Assembly: GCA_044240165.1 (NCBI GenBank)
Contig: JBIIAA010000009.1
Location: 222-24,221 of the forward strand
Direction of reading: 5' to 3'
Source of the DNA: Candidatus Nanopelagicales bacterium
GTDB lineage: Bacteria; Actinomycetota; Actinomycetes; S36-B12
DNA: 24,000 nucleotides
Positions within the stretch are counted from its first letter, which is position 1. The number at the start of each line of letters is the position of its first letter. Both the position numbers and the translations under genes were made by a program. Of the stretch, positions 1 to 7,793 are shown one piece after another. Under the pieces are notes generated by a model. It saw nothing but the letters and a program-made list of their open reading frames with translations. It was not told the origin of the DNA and did no database searches.

Positions 1-191
1 CCCAAGCGCTGTAATTCAGCAACCGCTCGGGGAGTCAGACCGTCGCCGCAGGTTTTATCTCTAGGAAAGTGCTTGGCGTCAGCTAGGACCACATCAAGGC
101 CAAATCGTGCTGCCCAAGCCGCTGCTGCTGACCCGGCCGGACCAGCGCCAATAACCAAAACATCGGTTTCGATGGGCACAGTCAAGGACAC
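1..191 (-). CDS. Geranylgeranyl reductase family / FAD-dependent oxidoreductase, N-terminal part (gene runs off the left edge)
   Basis: Reverse-strand translation reads (M)SLTVPIETDVLVIGAGPAGSAAAAWAARFGLDVVLADAKHFPRDKTCGDGLTPRAVAELQRLG, with the dinucleotide-binding GxGxxG motif and the 'K(T)CGDGLTPRAV' motif typical of geranylgeranyl reductases. Start is GTG at 191 or GTG at 179. Not in the ORF track. Confidence 0.85.
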   Translation of the reverse strand, partial: MSLTVPIETDVLVIGAGPAGSAAAAWAARFGLDVVLADAKHFPRDKTCGDGLTPRAVAELQRL

Positions 192-260
192 AAGGTTGAT
201 TCTCGCTTGCCACCTACGCGCGACCTCACTGCGGGGTAAACCAACCAAGGCGCAATCGAT

Positions 261-380
261 TTAGCGCTGGCAGGTGCACCATTCTTCAGGGGTAAACATC
301 GACTTCACCTGATCAATATGCTCGCCACAACCTTGCCAGGTGGCCTTACTGCACTTTGCGCATTTCACTGGGCTACACAT
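261..380 (-). CDS. Cys-rich 39-aa conserved actinobacterial-type microprotein (MCSPVKCAKCSKATWQGCGEHIDQVKSMFTPEEWCTCQR)
   Basis: ATG at 380 is preceded by a good Shine-Dalgarno (ATGGAGGAAAC-ATG). CxxC and CGxHxxxV features are present. The longer 67-aa ORF-track version extends into the intergenic inverted repeat and lacks an RBS. Confidence 0.8.
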   Translation of the reverse strand: MCSPVKCAKCSKATWQGCGEHIDQVKSMFTPEEWCTCQR

Positions 381-409
381 GTTTCCTCCATGATGAATGT
401 TGGTAATTA

Positions 410-429
410 GCATACCCATGGGGGTATGC
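410..429. promoter_or_regulatory. Perfect 8-bp inverted repeat GCATACCC-ATGG-GGGTATGC in a divergent intergenic region; candidate repressor operator (CsoR-family-like)
   Basis: Read directly: gcatacccatgggggtatgc. It lies between the divergent microprotein (start 380) and peroxiredoxin (start 478). On the minus strand it overlaps a -10-like TATGCT. Confidence 0.55.
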
Positions 430-477
430 AACTGACAAATCTTAGACAGGGCGATCACCTGCACTTAGGGTGCCCTT

Positions 478-960
478 ATGACTATTGCTATCGGTGACAC
501 CATCCCTGACGTTGAACTTCTCACTATTCCAGAAGATCGCCCCACTCCTGTGTCTTCAAAAGACCTCCTGAGCAAGGGCCGAGTGGTCCTCTTTGCGGTT
601 CCGGGCGCATTCACACCTGGCTGCTCCAAGATGCATCTACCGGGCTTTGTAAATAAAGCTGCTGAGCTATCAGCCAAGGGCGTTGACGCCATTGTGTGCC
701 TCGGTGTCAACGATGCATTCGTGATGGATGCTTGGGGCAAGGCTCAAGGCGTAGGCGAGCAATTCGTCATGGCCGCCGACCCGCAGGGTGCGTTCACCAA
801 AGCTGTCGGCATGGACGTTGACGTTCCAGCCCTTGGCGGTTTGCGCTCAAAGCGCTACGCGATGGTGATTGAGAATGGCGTTGTCACGCAATTCTTGCCA
901 GAAGAAGACGGCTTCAACGTGCTTGCTTCAACCGCTGAGTGCGTGCTCGACACCCTCTGA
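478..960 (+). CDS. Peroxiredoxin (Prx5-like / AhpC-TSA redoxin family)
   Basis: 160-aa ORF with VVLFAVPGAFTPGCSKMHLPGFV, the peroxidatic-Cys motif of Prx5-type peroxiredoxins, and the downstream GVNDAFVMDAWG segment. Confidence 0.93.
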   Translation: MTIAIGDTIPDVELLTIPEDRPTPVSSKDLLSKGRVVLFAVPGAFTPGCSKMHLPGFVNKAAELSAKGVDAIVCLGVNDAFVMDAWGKAQGVGEQFVMAADPQGAFTKAVGMDVDVPALGGLRSKRYAMVIENGVVTQFLPEEDGFNVLASTAECVLDTL

Positions 961-1022
961 TCTGACCGACGTATTACTGGTTCGACAAGCGCACTTCTTA
1001 CCGGTTGCTCTACCGTGCAGCT

Positions 1023-1661
1023 ATGCATCGGGGGAGCGCAGTAACTATCGGCCTCGCAAGTCTGCTCGTGACTTGCGGGGTCGTTGCTGTTTCACCTGCC
1101 CATGCATCCACCCAGAATGCGCAGACGCTACTGAACTCACTGCCAGTTTCACCCGAACATCAAAGTGGTTACGACCGCTCCTTGTTTAAACACTGGATCA
1201 CCCAAAACGGTTGCACCACTCGGCAAGACGTACTCATTCGAGATGCCATCTCCGGACGAACTTCAGGGTGCACCGTGGTTGATGGACGTTGGTATTCCGC
1301 ATATGACGGTGTCACCACTTCAAATGCCCGCACCTTTGACATTGATCATGAAGTTCCGTTGAAAGAAGCCTGGGATTCAGGTGCTTGGCGTTGGACTCCA
1401 GATAAGCGCAAAGCATTCGCAAACGATCTTGGTTATGCGAACTCGCTTATCGCAGTGTCTGCTTCGTCGAATCGCTCAAAAAGTGATCGAGATCCAGCCG
1501 AATGGATGCCACCAAATACTGCAGACACCTGCCGTTACGTCAAAGCTTGGATTGGTGTGAAATACCGCTGGAGATTGGCTGTGGACTCACTAGAAAAGTC
1601 TTCAATCCTGCGACTCTTGCGCGGATGTCCAACGCCGATGGAACTACCTGACCTTGCTTAA
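1023..1661 (+). CDS. Secreted HNH endonuclease family protein (DUF1524/GmrSD C-terminal-like)
   Basis: Signal-peptide-like N-terminus (SAVTIGLASLLVTCGVVAVSPAHA), then FDIDHEVPLKEAWDSGAWRW...ANDLGYANSLIAVSASSNRSKSDRDPAEWMPPN, the DUF1524 HNH signature. The ORF track starts at TTG 1005; ATG 1023 is an alternative start. Confidence 0.85.
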   Translation: MHRGSAVTIGLASLLVTCGVVAVSPAHASTQNAQTLLNSLPVSPEHQSGYDRSLFKHWITQNGCTTRQDVLIRDAISGRTSGCTVVDGRWYSAYDGVTTSNARTFDIDHEVPLKEAWDSGAWRWTPDKRKAFANDLGYANSLIAVSASSNRSKSDRDPAEWMPPNTADTCRYVKAWIGVKYRWRLAVDSLEKSSILRLLRGCPTPMELPDLA

Positions 1662-2347
1662 ACGATGACGCAAACACCAAGAATCAAATTTGGCACCTCA
1701 AGGAAGTCGACCACCAGCGCCAACTCTTCGTCATCAATACAGGTCACGAAATGTTGGGTGCCTTCAGTGTGAACAATCGGCCAGCGCCGCAGATCCCCAC
1801 CTAACCCAACGCCAACTGCCTTGGCCGCTGCTTCCTTGGCAACAACAGCGCTGAGCAAAGTGATGCGACCGGCCTCAAATAATTTGGTTTCGGTTTCGGT
1901 AAGTACCCGCTCAACAACCGGGGCTAGCCGATCTGCTTTTTCGACATCGACACCCACAGCATCAGCACTGGCTACCGCGGCAACGATGACTCCGGCCGTG
2001 TGAGCAAGGGAAATCACCGGCAACGGCAGCGAGCTCCCGTTGGTCCAAGCAACTCCTGGCGCACCTGCCTCGGAGCGCGTTATTTCAATCGTTTTCGCAT
2101 CGATCTTGGTGAGTTGCGTTTCCAGGATGTAGTCACTTACCGCCTCTTTCAGAGCGACTCGGCCAAGGAGCCATTCCATCTTGCGCGTGGTTTGAGCTTG
2201 CATGCCCAACCAGGCTTCTTGCTCTATCTCGGTGAGTGACTCTTTGACGAATTCGGCTGCGGCCTCTTCTGTGTATGCCTTCAACTCACTAACAAAAGTC
2301 ACATGGACGCGCGCCAGTGGCCCAACAACGAACGAGTAGGTGGCCAT
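1658..2347 (-). CDS. 4'-phosphopantetheinyl transferase superfamily protein (Sfp-like)
   Basis: 229 aa with AVGVDVEKADR and VVAKEAAAKAVG, matching the GxD and KExxxK motifs of the superfamily. Confidence 0.75.
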   Translation of the reverse strand: MATYSFVVGPLARVHVTFVSELKAYTEEAAAEFVKESLTEIEQEAWLGMQAQTTRKMEWLLGRVALKEAVSDYILETQLTKIDAKTIEITRSEAGAPGVAWTNGSSLPLPVISLAHTAGVIVAAVASADAVGVDVEKADRLAPVVERVLTETETKLFEAGRITLLSAVVAKEAAAKAVGVGLGGDLRRWPIVHTEGTQHFVTCIDDEELALVVDFLEVPNLILGVCVIV

Positions 2348-2484
2348 TCACGAAACCCTACGTGGTTCTGGAATGCGCGTTGGCTAAATCCAAACAAACC
2401 TCAGAAAGTTAATTGCGATGACAAAGTCAACGTGCAGCCGGCCCGACCTCGGTATTGTGATTCACATTCAATCAAGGAGAAAAC

Positions 2485-3294
2485 ATGAAGGTTTGGTTCA
2501 TCACGGGCACTTCCCGAGGGTTCGGAAAAATCTGGACGCGAGCTGCCCTGGAGCGCGGCGACAAGGTCGCTGCAACTGCCCGCGATCTTGCACCCCTTGA
2601 TGATTTGGTTGCCAAGTTTGGCGATTCGATCCTGACCTTGAAGCTTGATGTCACTGATAAAGCGGCCGTCGAAAGTGCTATCAAGCAGGCTCATGCTCAC
2701 TTCGGCCAACTCGATGTCATCGTCAATAACGCCGGTTACGGGCATATGGGTTACTTCGAAGAACTCACTGAAGCCGAGATTCGTGCACAGTTTGAGACAA
2801 ATGTGTTCGGCCCTATCTGGGTCGCGCAGGCAGCGCTTCCAATTTTGCGAGCTCAAGGTTCTGGTCACATTATTGCGGTCAGCAGTTTGAGCGGCCTGAC
2901 TGCTTCCGGCGGCATGGGCCTGTACAGCGGATCCAAGTGGGCGCTTGAAGGAATGACTGAAGCCTTGTCGCAAGAAGTTCGTAAATTTGGAATCAAGGTC
3001 ACGCTTATCGAACCTGGGGGATACGCAACCGGATTTGGCACCGAAGGGCGACGCAACTCTGAAGTGCATCCTGCCTATGTTGAGTCACACGAAAAGCTCG
3101 CGCAACTCTTGGCTACCTCATCTGGATCTGACGCCGCTAACAGCGTTCAGGCATTGATGACTGTTGTTGACGCTGAAAAGCCGCCGTTGCGCCTGCTCCT
3201 AGGAAATCAAGCTGTTGATGTGTTGCACGCGTTCTACGAGCGCCGGATCAATGATTTCCGGACGTGGGAAGACGTGTCGCGGTCGGCCGACTAA
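2485..3294 (+). CDS. SDR family oxidoreductase
   Basis: 269 aa: N-terminal TGTSRGFG cofactor motif, NNAGYG, catalytic Ser-Tyr-Lys (SSLSGLTASGGMGLYSGSKWALEG). Confidence 0.93.
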   Translation: MKVWFITGTSRGFGKIWTRAALERGDKVAATARDLAPLDDLVAKFGDSILTLKLDVTDKAAVESAIKQAHAHFGQLDVIVNNAGYGHMGYFEELTEAEIRAQFETNVFGPIWVAQAALPILRAQGSGHIIAVSSLSGLTASGGMGLYSGSKWALEGMTEALSQEVRKFGIKVTLIEPGGYATGFGTEGRRNSEVHPAYVESHEKLAQLLATSSGSDAANSVQALMTVVDAEKPPLRLLLGNQAVDVLHAFYERRINDFRTWEDVSRSAD

Positions 3295-3377
3295 GACAAA
3301 GTCGGGACTTTGGGCCCACGATCGCTGCGTCCACCGCAACTACCATTGGAGCCTTGCCTTAGAAAAGGAGTTTCAGG

Positions 3378-3869
3378 ATGCGTATACGCACAATCGCGAT
3401 GACGGCGGTCGCGGTCTCATCACTCGTTGGTTTTGCTGCGGCGCCTGCTTTTGCTGCGGCGCCGACGCCTGCAAAGTCCACTTGCGGTAGCAGCAACTAC
3501 GCCTGCCTCACCGTGAACCAAACCAGTGTGCCCGCCGGTCAAACGGTGATCTTTAAAGGCTCACTCAGCGCAGCAGCTTTGAAGAATCTTGCTTCCTGGA
3601 CAAAGGGCGACAACATCGTTTGCCTGACTCGCTACAAGGCGACTGCGGAATCCAACGGCTCTTGGCCGTGGACCACGCTTGATGGCGCTTGCGCACAAGT
3701 CAATAAGGCCGGCAAGTTCACGATCAACGCCGAACTCGGCAAAAAGGGTCCACATTATTTCGGCGCTGAAATGGGTCCATGCCAGGCCAGTGCTGATGAA
3801 TGCGGCAATAGTGACGGTGGTCTCGTTGGTCTTGACGGTAAATCCGCTGTCTACATGACCACGACATAG
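3378..3869 (+). CDS. Secreted hypothetical protein, Ala-rich signal peptide, Cys-containing beta-rich mature domain
   Basis: 163 aa: MRIRTIAMTAVAVSSLVGFAAAPAFA-A signal sequence. RBS-like AAAAGGAG lies upstream. Confidence 0.7.
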   Translation: MRIRTIAMTAVAVSSLVGFAAAPAFAAAPTPAKSTCGSSNYACLTVNQTSVPAGQTVIFKGSLSAAALKNLASWTKGDNIVCLTRYKATAESNGSWPWTTLDGACAQVNKAGKFTINAELGKKGPHYFGAEMGPCQASADECGNSDGGLVGLDGKSAVYMTTT

Positions 3870-3890
3870 GTCGCCTCGAACTTCCCCTAC

Positions 3891-3928
3891 GTGAGCCCTT
3901 TGTCATCGACGAGGGGCTCACATTTTGT
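3891..3928 (+). terminator. Probable intrinsic terminator after the secreted protein gene
   Basis: GTGAGCCC ... GGGCTCAC (3891-3898 / 3914-3921) followed by ATTTTGTT. Confidence 0.65.
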
Positions 3929-3934
3929 TCATAG

Positions 3935-5134
3935 ATGCTCTTGCGCCATGCTGTTCCAATGGGTGGGCGGCTAGTCATTATGGGTTCGGGTGAAAATGCC
4001 CCGACGATGGTGAAGTTTCATCGCGCCTTAATGCAAGAGGTGGGCGAAGGCCCTAAGTACATGATCGATACGCCCTACGGTTTTCAAGTCAACGCTGACG
4101 ATTTGGGCGCGAAATACCAGCAATACTTTGACGAATCAGTCGGTACCAAAATCGAACTCGCGCAGTGGCGTCGCAAAGACGCATCTGTCGTCGAACATGA
4201 GCGCACCCTCTCGCAACTACAACAGGCTTCATGGGTGCTGGCAGGTCCGGGAAGTCCGTCATATGCATTGAATCAATGGTCCGACACCGCGATTCCCACA
4301 GCATTAGCCGACCTGGTTCGTCGCGGCGGAACCTTAGTAACCGGAAGCGCTGCGGCTGCAACGATCGGTACGCATGCAATTCCGGTGTATGAGATTTACA
4401 AAGTCGGTGAAGACCCCTACTGGTTAGCCGGACTCAATTTGCTTGGCGATCTGCTCGGTATCCGCGCTGCAGTTGTTCCGCATTTTGATAATCGCGAGGG
4501 CGGCCGTCACGACACCAGTTGTTGCTACATCGGTCTACATCGCCTTGAAATACTGGAAACGCAACTTCACGACGGTGCTGGAATTATTGGAGTCGACGAA
4601 CACACTGCTGTGTTGATTGAACTTGCCACCGGCAAAGTGTCTGTGCACGGAGCCGGTGGGCTGACCCTTCGCCAAAGTGGCAAGTCTGTATTTATTGCAA
4701 GTGGTGAGTCGACGACCATTGACGCGATGCGAGATGCCTTGCACAGCACCAACACTCTTGATATTTCGATTGCTACTGATGCGATGCAAAGTTCAGATCT
4801 GCTGGCAACTTTCAGGGTGGCCCTGCAGGCAGGTGACTCAGTTGCAGCACTCGCTGCAGCCCTAACAACTGAAGATGCAGTTTTCGCTACTGACGCTGCC
4901 GCACATCAGGAATTACGCACAATGTTGGTTGAGCTTGCTGATGCTGCACATAGTGGCCTGCAAGATCCCCGCACCATACTTTCACCGCTGGTTGATGTGG
5001 CTCTCAACGTTCGCAAGCTTGCTCGTGAAAACAAGGACTACGCGATGAGCGACCTCGTTCGCGACTCGCTTGCTGCCGCCGGCATTGAAGTGCGCGACAC
5101 CCCCGAGGGTGTGCAGTGGGATCTCGCCAAGTAA
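3935..5134 (+). CDS. Type 1 glutamine amidotransferase-like / peptidase S51-like protein with a C-terminal CysS/YqeB-like tail
   Basis: N-terminus GGRLVIMGSGENAP...WVLAGPGSPSYALNQW...GGTLVTGSAAAATIGTHAIPVYEIYK resembles the S51/class-I GATase-like fold. C-terminus ARENKDYAMSDLVRDSLAAAGIEVRDTPEGVQWDL resembles the extreme C-terminus of actinobacterial cysteinyl-tRNA synthetases. ATG 3959 is an alternative start. Confidence 0.7.
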   Translation: MLLRHAVPMGGRLVIMGSGENAPTMVKFHRALMQEVGEGPKYMIDTPYGFQVNADDLGAKYQQYFDESVGTKIELAQWRRKDASVVEHERTLSQLQQASWVLAGPGSPSYALNQWSDTAIPTALADLVRRGGTLVTGSAAAATIGTHAIPVYEIYKVGEDPYWLAGLNLLGDLLGIRAAVVPHFDNREGGRHDTSCCYIGLHRLEILETQLHDGAGIIGVDEHTAVLIELATGKVSVHGAGGLTLRQSGKSVFIASGESTTIDAMRDALHSTNTLDISIATDAMQSSDLLATFRVALQAGDSVAALAAALTTEDAVFATDAAAHQELRTMLVELADAAHSGLQDPRTILSPLVDVALNVRKLARENKDYAMSDLVRDSLAAAGIEVRDTPEGVQWDLAK

Positions 5135-5165
5135 TTCGCGCACACTGATCAACGCAGTTCTTGAC

Positions 5166-7016
5166 CTAGCCCAGATGCATGTATTCCTTGATTCCGTTTG
5201 GCCGAGTGATATTCGACGATCCATTCGCATTAAGACTGTCCAATAACGCGATGTAAGCCAAATACTCAGCCTTTCCGCGAGCGACAGCCCCGCGAAAGCG
5301 CGCGGGCAGCGGTGCAGCCATCGCACCGCGGTTATAGCGTCCCATCAATAACTTCAACTGCTCTTGCGCTTTTGCTGTTTGTCCTTGCTGATTATCGAGT
5401 TCTAGTCGACCACGTGCAGTGCTGTAGTCGTATGACTCAACCTGCATCGTTGATAGATCAGCAACACCGGTTGTATTCCAGTTTGTGTAGCTAGCAACTT
5501 TGGTGTCTGCGGTTCGAATTCCAAGAATATGGCGTCGCGCATTGTTGTATACGTAGAAGGCCGGTACCCACTCATCTGATGCCATGATGACGTGATCACG
5601 CCCGCGAGCTGTATTCGACTTCAGCAATGGCAGCAAGTTCAATCGCTCTTGGTATACCTCTGCAAGATCACCCTTGAGCCATTCGCGATCTCCGTGTGCG
5701 ATCGTTGCCAACATCGGCACGATGTCGACACTCGAAGTAAGTTGAGATCGAACCTTGTTGGTGTCACCCGTGATTCGCTCACGTGGATCAACAACAATCA
5801 GGGGAACCTGCACAGCTTCTTGATACATGCTGCCGGCTTTATTCGACGCAAATCCGTGCGCGCCTGCGTAATCGCCGTGATCTGCTGTCATGACGATGAC
5901 GGTGTTGTCGCGAATACTTTCGGGAATCGAATTCACCACAGCACCAATGTGCTGATCAACGAGATTCAAAATTTGCGTGTAACTATCAAGACTGCGAGTC
6001 CAATAGCCAAAGGGTGCATTTGCAATCTTCGCCCCGGGAACACCTGGGTAGTCAGCAAGTGAATAGGCAGTTGTCACCGTTGGGTCGTCAGTAACGCCGC
6101 CCCACATCAAATCGGTGAAGGAACGAGAAAACACCTGCGCCCCCGGCTTATTTGCCGACAAGGTTGCTGCTGATTCCCAGTTGGCAGGCAAGGTGTACCC
6201 ATAGGCCTTCGGGGTATCAAGGGGAGGGGCTGCGTCATATGTCACGGCAGGTGTTGCGCCGGCTTGTTTAAACAAATTGTTGTAGGTCGTGGCTTCAGTT
6301 CCGCTCCAAAAGAATTCTTTGTCATGCGGATTCACAAAACCAACAGTTAAACAAAATGGTCGTTCATGCGGCTTGCGAGCTTCTAACCAAGTTGCCGCTT
6401 GTGCTGCAATATCGCCATCGCCATAGGTGCCTTGGCCATTGGTGCCAATTGGGTCTGGAATCGTCAGTCCTTCAAAGCCATACGCACTCAGATAAAACGG
6501 TGCAGCTGGGTCTGTTGAGGTTTCTGGCGCATTAGACAGGTGCCACTTGCCGACGTATGGCGTTGCATAGCCTGCTTCACGCATTAATTTTCCGTAGGTC
6601 GGAAATTCGCGCTGCAACGCAGGAGCATTCGGTCCTGCTGATCCAGGCTGATTTCCCTTGCGCGTTTGTAGGCACCAGTTTTGGTGCGGATACAAACCCG
6701 TCACCAAACTTGCTCGCGATGGGCTACACGCCGTGCCGGCGGTGTAGTGATTGGAGAATTTCACGCCTCGGGTCCACAGCTTTGCCAAGTTAGGCATGAA
6801 AGCTTTCAAGAATTCCTCTGGCGTATTGATGCCTGCCGGGAAGGTCTGCGGAAAGCGCATTTCGTCGACCGTAATCATCACAACGTTGGGCGCACCAGCT
6901 CTGGCGCGCGATCCTGCTTGAACTGCCTGCGCAGTCTCGGTCTGGGAAACGAGCGCAGCACCAGCGGCTACAGCCGCACCAGTTGCCATGAATGATCGGC
7001 GGGAGAGTTGAGTCAT
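5166..7016 (-). CDS. Tat-exported type I sulfatase (alkaline phosphatase superfamily)
   Basis: Starts MTQLSRRSFMATGAAVAAGAA (twin-arginine signal) and contains TACSPSRASLVTGLYPHQ (formylglycine CxPSR motif), VGKWHLS and TADHGDYAGAHG. The 639-aa ORF-track version starts inside a terminator hairpin, so MTQLS at 7016 is preferred. Confidence 0.92.
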   Translation of the reverse strand: MTQLSRRSFMATGAAVAAGAALVSQTETAQAVQAGSRARAGAPNVVMITVDEMRFPQTFPAGINTPEEFLKAFMPNLAKLWTRGVKFSNHYTAGTACSPSRASLVTGLYPHQNWCLQTRKGNQPGSAGPNAPALQREFPTYGKLMREAGYATPYVGKWHLSNAPETSTDPAAPFYLSAYGFEGLTIPDPIGTNGQGTYGDGDIAAQAATWLEARKPHERPFCLTVGFVNPHDKEFFWSGTEATTYNNLFKQAGATPAVTYDAAPPLDTPKAYGYTLPANWESAATLSANKPGAQVFSRSFTDLMWGGVTDDPTVTTAYSLADYPGVPGAKIANAPFGYWTRSLDSYTQILNLVDQHIGAVVNSIPESIRDNTVIVMTADHGDYAGAHGFASNKAGSMYQEAVQVPLIVVDPRERITGDTNKVRSQLTSSVDIVPMLATIAHGDREWLKGDLAEVYQERLNLLPLLKSNTARGRDHVIMASDEWVPAFYVYNNARRHILGIRTADTKVASYTNWNTTGVADLSTMQVESYDYSTARGRLELDNQQGQTAKAQEQLKLLMGRYNRGAMAAPLPARFRGAVARGKAEYLAYIALLDSLNANGSSNITRPNGIKEYMHLG

Positions 7017-7070
7017 AGATGCATCTTGTCGTGGAATTGAACCCCCCTTTACCAGGACAAAACGGCCGAT

Positions 7071-7099
7071 GAAAAATCCCCCCACTTTCGTGAGGGGAT
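7071..7099 (-). terminator. Intrinsic terminator downstream of tRNA-Leu
   Basis: On the minus strand: ATCCCCTCAC-GAAA-GTGGGGGGAT-TTTTC, a 10-bp stem (one G-U), GAAA tetraloop and U-run. Confidence 0.85.
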
Positions 7100-7100
7100 C

Positions 7101-7186
7101 TGGTGCGCGAGAGGGGATTTGAACCCCTACACCCTTTCGGATACAGCGACCTGAACGCTGCGCGTCTGCCGTTCCGCCACTCGCGC
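7101..7186 (-). tRNA. tRNA-Leu(CAG), CCA encoded
   Basis: Reverse strand gcgcgagtggcggaacggcagacgcgcagcgttcaggtcgctgtatccgaaagggtgtaggggttcaaatcccctctcgcgcacca. Acceptor stem GCGCGAG/CTCGCGC, anticodon loop TTCAGGT, variable arm, GGTTCAAAT T-loop. Confidence 0.96.
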
Positions 7187-7294
7187 ATTACTTATGAGGC
7201 ATACAGAGCCTACAGGCATATATATGGAGGTACGCTCCCTTATCTCGACCGATGAATATCCCCTTGTTTACGTCCAATTCCCGCGAGGAGTCCT

Positions 7295-7774
7295 ATGTCT
7301 GAATCAATGAGAGTGTCGGTTAGCCGCGAAATCCCGGCTTCAGCCGAGGTCATCTTCTCGATGATCACCCTGCCCGATGGCCACGTGGCAATGGATGGCT
7401 CCGGATCTTTGGTTTCTGCGCCCTCAAATCATCAACTCCAGGCCATTGGCGACAAATTTTTAATGGATATGGCCCGCGAATCCCTTGGTGATATCCCGGA
7501 CTTGGGCAAATATCAGGTTGAGAACGAGGTCCATGCACTCGAAGTAAACCGGCTTCTTGAATGGACCGTTGGAATGGTTGATCGCCCCAAGATTGGCCAT
7601 TTCTATGGCATTCGGCTCACCCCAATTGATACTTCGTTGACACTGGTTGAGAACTACGTGGACTGGAGCGGGGTGCCAGAAAAGTGGCGAACTCGAGTTT
7701 CCTGGCCTGTTGTTCCAGCGAGCATGATGCAGGAATCGCTCGCTCGTTTGGAAGCAGCAATTCTTTCGGCCTGA
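7295..7774 (+). CDS. SRPBCC family (START/Bet v1-like) protein
   Basis: 159 aa: VSVSREIPASAEVIFSMITLPDGHVAMDGSGSLV ... YGIRLTPIDTSLTLVENYVDWSG. RBS CGAGGAG upstream of ATG. Confidence 0.7.
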   Translation: MSESMRVSVSREIPASAEVIFSMITLPDGHVAMDGSGSLVSAPSNHQLQAIGDKFLMDMARESLGDIPDLGKYQVENEVHALEVNRLLEWTVGMVDRPKIGHFYGIRLTPIDTSLTLVENYVDWSGVPEKWRTRVSWPVVPASMMQESLARLEAAILSA

Positions 7775-7793
7775 ACTTCTGACCGCACATAAC

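Noticed and set aside
1005-1661. Nuclease-like gene as part of a type IV (GmrSD-like) restriction system
   Set aside because: The protein has a signal peptide, no DUF262 domain or partner, and neighbours unrelated to defence.
2401-3069. 222-aa minus ORF opposite the SDR gene
   Set aside because: Antisense to a clear Rossmann-fold coding region; no recognisable motifs.
7017-7085. N-terminal extension of the sulfatase to ATG 7085
   Set aside because: That ATG lies inside the tRNA-Leu terminator hairpin, and the extension precedes a clean Tat signal beginning MTQLSRRSFM.
6790-7188. 132-aa minus ORF MREWRNGRRAAFRSLYPKGCRGSNPLSRTR...
   Set aside because: Begins as a translation of tRNA-Leu and runs out of frame through the sulfatase start; spurious.
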